Of a stretch of 41,824 nt of DNA, positions 31,552 to 41,824 are shown in pieces (within the stretch, counting starts at the first letter, position 1; each line of letters opens with the position of its first letter). The DNA is taken from NCBI GenBank assembly GCA_004431415.1, contig QPMI01000630.1, positions 1 through 41,824 of the forward strand, given 5' to 3'. Under the pieces are notes generated by a model that had not been told where the DNA came from, made no database searches, and worked only from the letters and a program-made list of their open reading frames with translations. The stretch comes from Cyanophora paradoxa CCMP329. Lineage: Eukaryota > Plantae > Glaucophyta. Position numbers and translations under genes: made by a program.

Positions 31552-34500
31552 CTAGCAGTAGACCCAGCAGGACATGGAGCGGAGGACGAGGGCGAGCTTC
31601 TGGTCGAGGACGACGGCGACGGCCATCTCCCCGCAGGGGACGACGTACTCGGCCCCCTCGGGCTCCCGGAAGATGAGCCGCACGCCGCCCGGCACGGGGG
31701 GCACGGCGAGCGGCTGCGGCGCGACGACCTCCCAGGTGAAGAGGTTCTCGAGGGGCACCTGCCAGCCGTCCTCCAGGGCGGGTGCCCCCGCGCCGGGCTC
31801 GCGGACGTAGAGGAGGCGGCGGTTGGTGAGGAGGACGACGTGGCCCTCCACCCGCACGTACTCCAGCAGGCAGTCGCCCCGGTACTTCCCGCTCTTCACC
31901 CGCAGCAGCGCGTCCTGCCCCACCGCCCGCTCCCCGCTGTACAGCCCGACGCGCTTGTCGCCGCCGAACCAGCGCGGCAGGCGGACGCGGCCGGCGCCGC
32001 CCTCGAAGGCGTAGAGGGAGGAGGCGCCGGCGCCGCCGAGGTGGCGCGAGGAGCGGGGCCCGGGGGGCGCCCGCCCCGCCATCTCCGCCTCCAGGTAGTC
32101 GGGCGTGTTCCGGATCCCCTCGGTCGTCTGCGCGCGGCGCCCCGGCGTCAGGCGCGGGCGCGGAGGGCGAGGGCAGGCGAGGGCGAGGGGGACCTTGGTG
32201 ACGAGGTCGAGGGCGCCGGAGAGGGGCTTGACGGCGAGGCCGACGAAGCCCTTGGCGAGGCCCTTGGCGAGCCCCTGCAGCCCCCCCCGCTGCATCCCCT
32301 CGATCGGCTTCTCCACGATGCCGGTGACGCCGTGGAAGAGGCCGAGGGAGAAGTTCTTGGCGCCGAGGGCGATTCCCTCGGCGGCGTGCTTGGGGCGCTC
32401 GCGCTGCAGGGTGGCCCGCTCCTGCATGTACTCGTCGTCGAAGCTGAGCGCGTCGACGCCCTTCGAGAGGCTCCCCGTCACCTTCGCCGCGCTGTTGAAC
32501 GTCCCGCTCATCACGTGCTTCACGAGGCCCGCCGTCCCGCGGGCGAGGCCCTTCCCGAACTCCTTCGGGCTCTTGACGAGGCCCTGCGCCGGCTCCGAGA
32601 AGAACTCGTACACGCCGGTGCCGAGCGTGTTGACGAGCCCCACGGGGTTCCCCAGGATGTCCGCCGACCCCAGCACGCTCGTCGTCAGCTCCTGCAGCGC
32701 CTGCTGTTTGTAGTGCTGCATCACCCGCCCCAGCAGCGTCCCCGGCGCCTCGAAGACGTTCTCGAGCATGAGCGCGTTGAGGCGGACGGGCGCCCGCTCG
32801 ACGTTGGTGAGGGCGATGCCCATCGCCCGCACCATCGCCCGCATCGGGCCGGCCTCCGCCCCGCGCCGACCCTTGGCCCCCGCCCCCGCCCCCGCGCCCC
32901 CAGCCGGGCGCGAGTACTTGATCGTCGACGAGACGAAGGTGACGTCCATGCGGATTGCGTTGAGCGCCAGCAGCTGCGCCCCAGGCGCGTCAGAGGGGCG
33001 CGGGAGGGGCGCGGGGGGCCGGGGGCGGGCCTGGATGTAGACGCGGCGGGTCTCCGGGGGCACGGTGACCGGCAGGCCGCCCCGCGGCGAGGCCCCCTCC
33101 CCGGCCCGCGCCGTCAGCGCCTGCAGCCACTCCTGCGCGCCCGCGTGAGCCCGGCCGGACGAGCGAGAAAGGAGAGGGATGGGGTGCGAGCGCACGGCCT
33201 CGTCGGTGGGCGGGGCGTAGAGGCGGCGGAGGCGGCGGAGCCACTTGGCGGCGAAGGCGTAGAGGGCGTACGCGCTCTCCTCGTCGACCTTGAGCTCCAT
33301 GGCCTGCGGGCCGGTGGGCGGGGGGCGGGGGGGGTGGCGGGGGGCGGGGGCGGGCCTGGAGGAGGGTGGAGAGGTACTTGACGTACTGCACGCTCCCGAG
33401 CGTCGTCCGCACCATCGACACGTACAGCACCGGCGGCACCGCCGCGGCCGCCGAGGAGGAGGCGGCAGGGGCGGAGGAGGAGGAGGAGGAGGAGGAGGGG
33501 GCGGGGGCGGAGGCGGCGGCGAGCTCGCGGAGGCGCTTGGCGGAGAGGGGCAGCGGGGCGAGGAGGACGGGGAAGGGCGGCAGCGTCGTGTCGTAGATCT
33601 GGTTGTCGATCTGCGCGCGCACGGCCGTGAGCGGGGCGGGGCGGGGGCGGGGAGGCGAGGGCGCGGGCCTGGAGGTGTGCGAGGCGGAGCTCGAGGCGGT
33701 GCTCGTCAGCGGTGTCGAGGGAGAGGTCGGCGTGGAAGCCGCGGAGGGTGACGTAGAGGAGCTCCCGCGGCGCCGCGTCGATCAGCGAGAGGCCCACGCC
33801 CTCCACCGACACCGAGATCTGGCCCCCCGCGCTTCAGGCGGGCACTCCCTCGGAGCGGCGCGGGGCCGGCGCGGGTCCTCGGGGGCGGCACCTGCTCGCG
33901 GACGATGACGGGGAAGTCGTCGGCGCCCTCCGCCCCCGCCGACCGCACCACCTCCGTCGGCGACACTGCGCGGCTGTCAAGCGGCGCGCCGCTGCGCGGG
34001 CGGCGGCGGGGCGCGCACGGGGCGAGCCGGAGCCGGCGACGTGGCGAGCGGAGGCGGACGTGAAGGAGGGCGAGCGGGACACGGCCGGCGGCGTGGGAGG
34101 CACCGCCCGCTCCGCCCCCGCCTGCGCCCCGAGCGCGCGTCAGGGCGGGCCGGGGGCGCGGTGCAGGAGGCAATGCGGGGGCGGCGGGCCTTGCCGAGGA
34201 TGTCGAGGTGGGAGAGGTCCGGGCGCGCGTGCGTCAGCCGCACCACCTGCCCGCCCCGTCACTTTGCAGGCGGAGATGCGGGGGCGGGGGGCGCGCCTTG
34301 GAGAGGCCCTCGGGGGTCACGGAGACGTACACGGGCAGCGTCGCCCCCGACCCCTCCGCAGCCTCCCCCTCGGGGCCCGCCCCGAGGCCGGCCCCGGCCC
34401 CGGCGCCGTCGGCGCTGGCGCGGGCGGGGAGGACGATGGGCTTCCACCCGAAGACGTCCATCTTGATCTTGCCGGCGGTGGTGACGGGCCCTGCGGGGGA

Positions 34501-37500
34501 CGGGTGCCGCACGTGCAGCAGCAGCCGCCGCTTCTCCGCGCACGGCTCGTCCCACGCGTACGGCAGGCGCGCCCCCGGCGGCAGCAGGTCCACCGCCGCG
34601 CAGTCGCGCTGCTGGAGGTAAACGTCGTAGCCGGTGTGGTTCTCGATGCGGTAGGGCGCCGCGTCGCCGCCGCCCTCGCCGGCGCCGCCGCCGCGCACGG
34701 CGACGTAGACCGTCGAGCCGTCGAGCTGCACGTGCACGCGCACGATGCGGGGCGGGGCGGGCCGCCCCGCCTCCCCCTGCCCCTGCCCCCCGGCCGCCCC
34801 CCGCAGCTTCACGTACGTCACGCCGAGCTCGTCGATCGCGAAGCTGCGCGCCGGGGCGCTCGGCGAGGGGCGGGGACACGGGGGCGAGGGGGGCGGGGGG
34901 GCGCGCACCGGCCCGACCAGTCGCGGGAGCCGGCGAAGCGGAGGCGCACGAGGCGTGGCGCCTCCGCGCTGGGCCAGTGGAACGGAGCGTTCTCCCCGGG
35001 CGCCAGCGCCCTGCGGGACGAGAGAGGGGGTCAGCGGGGGGCGGCGGGGGCGGGGGGGCGGGGGCGGACCGGGGCGGGGAGGGGCAGTCGGCCTGGGCGA
35101 GCTCGATGCCGGGGGCGCAGTCGACGTTGACGAGGACGTACTTGGGCGTGAAGGTCACGACGCGCGTCCGGCAGTAGCGCCCCGCCCCGAAGGCGATGGA
35201 GACGCCGAACTCGCAGAGGGCCGGGGGCCCGGGGGCCTGCGCGGGGCCGGCGGGGCGGCGGGCCTCCTGCACGGCGACGGCGCCGGCGGCGACGGCGTCG
35301 ATGGAGAAGGGGTCCGAGAAGGGCGAGCCCTGCACGCTGATCTGGATCTTGTCGTCGGTGCGGAACCAGCCCGTGGGGCCGCCCCCGGCCCCCTGCCCCG
35401 CCCGCATGGAGAACATCGTGGGTCCGCCGCCGGGCGCGAGGGTGACCTCATCGCCGCGGTTGGGCTTGACGCGGATGGCGGTCCCCGCGTGGTTGACGAG
35501 CCAGAAGGGGCAGTAGAGGGCGATGTGGCGGAGGCCCTCCGTGCCGGGCGCCGCCGAGGGGCCGGCGCCGGCGGCGGGGCCCTCCTCGGCGGGGGTGCGC
35601 CCCTCGGGGTCGAGCTGCACCCGCAGCGTCCGCCCGCCCCCCGCGGGGACCAGCAGCGCCTCCGCGGGGGCGCGCCCCTGGGGCCCCCCGATCCAGTCGG
35701 GGCGGGACCAGCTCTCGGGGCGCTCGGGGGCGGCGAGGCAGATGGAGAGCATGAGGGGGGAGGCGGCGGGGTCGGCGCCGTGGAAGGCGTAGGAGGCGCC
35801 GCGGGGGAGGGCGGACTGCTTGAGGACGTGGAGGCGGGAGGGGGCGGGGGCGGCGACGAGGCGGAAGGCGAAGGGGGCGGGGAGGAGGTTCTGGAGGACG
35901 AGGGGCGGGAGGAGGGCGACCTCGAGGGGCGCCCGCGACGGCGCCCGCGCCGGCAGGTGCACGTACGACTCCGACGTCGTGAACTGGCCGCGCCGGCTGA
36001 GCCGGGCGGGGCGGGGCGGGGGCGGCGCCTCGCACCTGGGTCGAGACGACGAAGACGGCCGGGGGCGCGTGGGCGGCCGAGGGGGCCGAGGGGTAGGCGG
36101 GGCCGGCGGGGCCGGCGGGGGCGGGGGCGGCGCGGTCGGTGTGGGCGGGGGCGGCGGGGCAGGTGAGGCAGCCGGGCTCGAGGCCCGAGGAGGCGAGGTC
36201 GACGTAGGCCTGGGACCAGGAGTAGCGCGCCGCGTCGTCGTCGAGGGGCCGCACCCACAGCCTCGAGCGCGACGCCGCGATGGGCACCGGCATCGACACC
36301 GCCGGCACCAGCACCCCCAGCGCCCGCCCCTGCGCGACGGCCGCTCGCGGGAGGCCGAGAGGAAGGGGAGGAGCGGGGCGGGGGGGGCGGGCCTCGTTGG
36401 GGGCGGGCCCGACGACGAGCTCGAGGGGGTAGGCGGTGGCGTTGCGGAGGGTGACGGAGGAGCGGAGGAGGATGAGGCGCGAGGCGTCGTGCTCCTGCGC
36501 GCCCCCTCAGAGGCCCGAAGCGGAGCGAAGCAAAGCGGAGGCACGGGCCTGGAGGGAGACCTCGACGACGAGGTCGAGGGCGGCGAGGCGCGTGCCCCGG
36601 TCCCCCAGCGGCATCACGTAGAGGCCCACCCGGTCCACCGGCACCTGCCCCAGAGGGTTAGGAAGCGGGGGAGGAGGGGGAAGGCGGGCGGGCCTGGTAG
36701 ACGGGGATGGGGAGGGCGGCGGCGGCGGCGCCGGTGACGATGGGGCGGACGGCGACGAGGGTCGAGGCGGCGGCGGCGAGGGCGTTGCGGTCCGCCCCGC
36801 GCAGGTCCAGCGGCTCGCACCGCCCGTCCTGCGCGAGCCCGTCGCGCGCGCCCGCAGGATTCGGGGGGCGCGGGGCACCTCGAGGATGCGGGAGCCCTCG
36901 AGGAGCTGCCCGGGGCCGACGCTGTTCTGCGCGGGGGCCCCCACGCTCGCAGCGTACTCCACCGGGATCCCCGTGCTGCCCGCCCTTCAGCCGCGGCGCC
37001 CGGCCCTGAGCGGGGGGCGGGGCGGGGACCTGTTCTGGATCCAGTAGGCGGTGTAGCTCTTCGTGGGGGCGGCGCGGGTGAAGGAGGGCGAGGCGAGGGG
37101 CGCCGGCCCCGCCCGCCCCTTCGAGTCCTCCTCCGCCGCCCGCTGCCCCGCCCCTCAGCGGCGGCAGCGCCCCTCGGGGGGTCGCGGAGGGGCGGACCGT
37201 CCAGGCGGCGCGGGCGCGGAAGAGGGCGTCGACCATCGAGTCGGTCACGTTCACGTTCACCACCGACGTCGTCTGCGCCCCCGGGGGGTCGGCCTCGCCG
37301 CCGGACGGGAGCGCCCACAAGCAGCGCGGGGACCTTGAGGGCGAAGTGGGCGGTGGGGACGCCGGCGACGGGGAAGCGCTTCGTCTCCAGCAGCGCCGTG
37401 CTCGGCTCGAGGATCGTCTCCCAGGCGAAGGCGCGGGGGTTGAAGCACTCGGCGGCGAGGACGCCCATGACGAGCGCCTGCATCTCGTCGCCCCGGGCGG

Positions 37501-40500
37501 TGCGGTTCCACACAAAGTCCCCCACGCGCGCCTCCACGAAGGGCTCCAGCCCAGCGTCCGGGCCCCGGGGCTCGTCCAGCACCGTCAGCCGCACCGCCTC
37601 GCACGCCACGCTCAGGATGTCCTTCGCCACCGGCCGCGCCGGCGGCGGCGTCCCGGGCTCCGCCGCCCCCGGCGAGGCGGCCCCCGCCGAGTCAACGAGG
37701 GAGGGACCGCGCACGACGAGGCCCCGCCGCGCGCCGCGCTCGACGGGCGACTCGGCGAGCGGGTGGGCCTTGCCCGGCGTGGCGAGCGGCGCGGGGCTCT
37801 CGCGGGGCAGGCCGCCCGCCCCGCGGACGGCGCGGCGGAGGCGGGCGAGGGCGACGGCGTCCTCGTTGCGGGCGAAGCCGCAGCCCGTCCAGGCGTCCCA
37901 GAAGGAGCAGACGACGCGCCAGAGGGTGCGCATGTGGCGGTAGGAGAGGCGGCACACGAACGGCTCCAGCGCGATCTCGTTGTGGCGGTGCAGCAGTTGC
38001 GGCGGGCCCCCGTCCGGGTCCGCCTGCCCGCGCCCGTCAGGCCCCGCGGGGCGCGGCGGGGCCGGGGCGGGGGCGGGGGCACCTGGGAGTGCATGCCGAT
38101 CTTGTAGGTGAGGCAGCAGGGGTCGACGAGGGAGGGGGAGTCGAGGGGCTCGGGGCGGGGCCCGGGCCCGCGCGGGGCCGTCCGCAGCAGCAGCTGCAGG
38201 TCCCGCGCCACGAAGGACCCGTCCTGCCCGCCCCGCGTCGGCCCCGGCCCCGGCGCTGCGGGCGGGGGCGGGCGGGGACCCGGACCTGGCGGAGGTCGTT
38301 GGACCAGGTGTAGCGGGCGTTGAGGGTGCCGCGCAGGACGGCCACCGCTGAGCGCGCCTCCCGCACGTCCTCCACCAGGCAGATCTCCGGCTCCACCACC
38401 TGCCCCCAGCCGCGCGTCGGCGCCCAGGGCGCGGGGGGCGGGGCGGGGCGGGCGGGGCGGACGGTGGCGTTGAGAGTGATGGCGCCGGCGCGCGGCAGCA
38501 TCGAGCCGCTCCGGGGCACCGGCCCCAGCGGCCGCTGCAGCTGCTCCGCCCCCCGCAGCGCCCCCGCGAGGGCGCGCGCGCCGCCCGGGGCTCCGTGGCG
38601 GGGCTCGGGGCGGCGAGGCCGGGGGCGGCGGGGCCGGCGTCGGAGGCGCTGGCGGCGTGGAGGAAGAGGGGGTGGTCGTCGGGCTCGAACTTGTGCTCCC
38701 AGCCTGCCGCCCCGGTCAGGCCGGGGCGCGGGGCGCGGGGGCGCGGGGGGCGGGGCAGGGGCACCGTGGTAGAAGAAGTCGATGATGGCGAAGATGGGCT
38801 CCGGCACGAACAGCAGCCGCGGCCGGTGCAGCGCCAGGTGCATCGTCACGTGGTCCTCCGCCTGCGCGTTCACCATCGAGAACTCGAACGGCGCCAGCGA
38901 CTCCCCCTCCCCCTCCGGCCCCTTCTCCGCCCCCTCCGCCCCGCCCTCGCCCTCGGCGGGCGGGTCGGCGGCGTCGTAGGCGCCGAGGACCTGCCGCCAC
39001 GGCTCGGCGGCCAACGGCGCATCCTCCTCCCCGTCGCCCCCGTCCCCCGTCCCCTCCGCCTCCTCGGGGGCCGCGGCGGGGGCGCGGGGCCGGCCCCGGC
39101 GGCGGCGGAGGCGGCGGCGGCGGCGGCCCAGGCGCGCTTGGCGAGGTCGACGGGCCGCTCGCGGCGGCGGATGGCGAGGGGGGCGATGGGGAAGGGCCGC
39201 CGCCGCGTGTCCGTGAAGGAGAGGCCGGAGAGGCGAGCGGAGAAGCGGAGGACGCTGTCGGTCGTCTCGACGAACTTGCAGGAGAAGCCGGAGAGGAGGG
39301 CCGAGGCGAGGGGGTGGCGCGGCGGGCGGCCGGCCTCGCGGACGCCGTCCCCGCCGAAGAGCTCGAGGCGGAGGTCGCGGCAGGAGGCGTCGAGGCGGAA
39401 GGAGCACTGCACCGACTCCGGAACGGGGTCCGACGCGAGCAGCGGCGCCGGGTGCGCGGCGGCCGCCTCGTCGTACTGCTGCGGGGGCGCCCAGGGGGCC
39501 GTCGCGTCGTTCTTGTAGTTCTTGTACCAGGCGCCGAGCATGGCCCAGTACTGCCGCTCCGAGCAGCGCACGAGGACGTCGCCGACGCGCGCCGTCACGT
39601 GCAGGCGGGCCTCCCCCGCGGGCAGCGGGCGCGACTCGAGGAAGCGCGAGACCGTCGCCTCCACGTCCGTGTCCGCAAGGATCGGCCTCCGCCGCGCTGC
39701 CCGGGGGCCCGGTCGGGGCGGGGCGGGGCGCGGGGCGGGGCGGGGCGGGGCGGGGCGGACCGTCGCCGGCGTCGAGGGATGCGGTGGCGAGGTTCATGCC
39801 GCGCACGCGGATGTCGATCACGTCGTGCGTGTAGCTCGCCTTCAGCACCGCCGACGGCAGCGGCGTCCCCGTCCCCGCCGCCCCGCCGGCCCCGCCGGGG
39901 CGGCGCCAGGAGGGGCCGCTGGGGCCGCCGCCGGGGCCCGGGCCCGGGGCGGGGGCGGCGAGGAAGCGGTTGGAGAGGGAGAGGGTGCCGAGGTCGCCGA
40001 GGAGGTACTCGCGGAGCGGGCGTGGCGCGGCACGACGAGGAGGACGGACGGCACGTGCGCCTCGAAGCGCACCGCCGAGGCGCCCGACTCGGAGGGGCGG
40101 GCGGCGGCGCGCGCCCCTCGGCGGCCGCCTTCGCCGCCGACTCGACGAGCGCCGCGATCGCCGCGCTCTCCTGCGCGTACACCTGCCGCCGCGGGTCGGC
40201 CGGGGGCGCGCGGAGGGGCGGGGGGCGGCGCCGGCCTTGAGCTCGCGGAAGAAGACGGTGGTGAGGACGAGGCGGACGGCCTGCGTGCGCATCTGCACCT
40301 CCACGTCGTGCCCCGGGTACGCCGGGTCCGCCGCCTCGTACGTCTTGATGTGGATGTCCATCACCGAGCGCGCCTTCCCCGCCGCCCCGGCCCCGGCGGG
40401 GGCGCCCGGGGCGGCGGGCTCCTCGTCGCGCTGGCGGAGGACCTGGCGGTAGAGCTCGCCGGCGGGGGTGAGGTCCGTGAGCGTCAGGTTCCCCAGCCGC

Positions 40501-41824
40501 CCCGACGCCTCCACGCCGCCCCGCCGCATCTTCACCCGCACCCGCGAGTCGCTCATCGCGAAGAGCGCCACCTGCTCGCCCTTGTCCTCCCGGTTGAGGT
40601 ACACCACGAGGCTCGCCATCGAGGCCAGCACCCGCAGCCGCACCACCGCCCCCGACGCCCCCTGGCCCGCCCCCGCCGCAGCCGCCGGCCTCGCCCGCGC
40701 GGGGATGGATGCCGAGGGGGGGACGAGGGGCGGAGCCGGGGCGGCGGCGGGGGCGCTGCCGGAGGGCGCCCCGGCGAGCGGGGCGCGGAAGAAGGAGAGG
40801 AGGGAGGCGACGGCGACGCGGTTGTAGTGGACGACGAGGCCGCGGAAGCGGATCGTCAGCGCGTTCTCCGTCTCGTCCCCCTCCTGCACCCGCCCCGGCG
40901 AGCCGGCCTGGTAGCTCCCGTACTCCGCCTGCACCAGCGCCGCCCCGGCCCCGTTCCCCGAGGCGCCGGAGCCGCCGAGCGAGGCCCCCGTCTCGGGGCT
41001 CGGGGCGGCGCCCCGCGCCGGCGGGCCCTCCTCCTCGGCGGCCCGCGGCACGGAGACGAGGTGGCGGAAGGGGCAGCCTGCGCGGGGGGCCCAGGTGAGG
41101 GGCGCGGGGCGGGGCCTGTGGGGGCGGGGCCACCGTCGGGGCGGCGGAGGTCCTCGAGGGAGAGGGTGCGGAGGCCGGCAGAGACGGTGGCGTCCAGCGT
41201 CCGCTGCACCACCCGCGCCTCCAGGCCCTCCGCCCGGAAGAGCACCAGCGGGTCCTCCGAGGGCGCCGCCCCCTCCGCCCCCGGCGGGCCCGACTCGGAG
41301 ACGAGGAGGGTGAGGGCGCCGAGCGAGAAGCCGCCCTCGAGCAGCGTCCGGCTCCCGCTCTCCGCCGCCGCCGCCGGGGCCGGCGCCAGCCCCGCCGGCT
41401 CCTCGTCCGTCAGGTCCACCCAGCCGCCCTTCAGCGGGCCCCCGCCCGCCCCGCCCCGGCCGCCGCCGCCGCGCCGGCCTCCGCGGCGCCCGCGCCCGAG
41501 GCGGCTGGGGCGCCCTCGGCGGCGCCGCTGCCGGGGCCGCGGCGCTGGAGGCTCGAGGCGACCTGCGCGGCCGCACGCGTCGATCAGCAGAAGGGCGGCC
41601 GGCGCCTCGCCGGGGCGCGGAGGGCGCGCCTGGAGGAGCTGGGAGTACTTGAGGGAGGAGAGGTTGACGCGCAGCGCCGGCAGCGAGCCGGCCACCCTGC
41701 CGCAAGGGTCAGCGATGGTGGCTGCGGGGGCGGCGGGGCGCGGGGGACCGGAGGCGGGTGAGGAGGGGGTCGTCGAGGACGCAGGCGGCGACGGTGGCGG
41801 AGACGGAGAAGCGCTCGACGACCC
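31552..41824 (-). CDS. VPS13: Vacuolar protein sorting-associated protein 13 (bridge-like lipid transfer protein), 3' portion, many short introns; 5' end outside window
   Basis: VPS13_C/ATG2_C-type segment LGSADILGNPVGLVNTLGTGVYEFFSEPAQGLVKSPKEFGKGLARG...GVTGIVEKPIEG...KGFVGLAVKPLSGALDLV. APT1-region GVGLSLID...ELLYVTL...LQIDNQ. VAB/SHR-BD features (PYRIENHT, PYAWDEP, TRVVTFTPKYVLVN, YCPFWLVNH). FNPRAFAWETILEP. C-terminal PH-like domain; stop at 31552. Confidence 0.95.

Noticed and set aside
31840-41313. Long plus-strand ORFs over VPS13 and the 1222 aa minus ORF taken as one protein
   Set aside because: Plus-strand ORFs are antisense shadows of GC-rich codons. The long minus ORFs read through stop-free introns and change register relative to the true exons.

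Overview
GC-rich eukaryotic DNA, probably from an intron-dense protist or alga; the taxon cannot be determined from the sequence. The window has two compartments. Right (~23.9-41.8 kb): intron-rich host-type genes, namely a 9-exon divergent histone H3 with CenH3-type fold signatures, a multi-exon gene ending in a MYND zinc finger, and the 3' ~10 kb of VPS13 (minus strand, many short introns, several GC-AG). Left (~0.25-23.4 kb): a compact, largely intronless cassette that looks like an endogenous DNA-virus-like or self-replicating element. It carries an AEP primase fused to a UL9/origin-binding-protein-type SF2 helicase, a TFIIB, a probably inactive SLX1-type GIY-YIG protein, two RING or RING-like proteins, a SKP1-like protein and a double zinc-knuckle gene. 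Three repeat blocks in it share the motif GGA(A/G)ACTCGCC in oriented, polarity-switching arrays (candidate origins or iterons). Many left-side genes are frameshifted, but an internal duplicate suggests at least part of this is single-base consensus error. No capsid, DNA polymerase, integrase or transposase gene is recognisable in the window. All calls come from reading motifs by eye; no database search was run.
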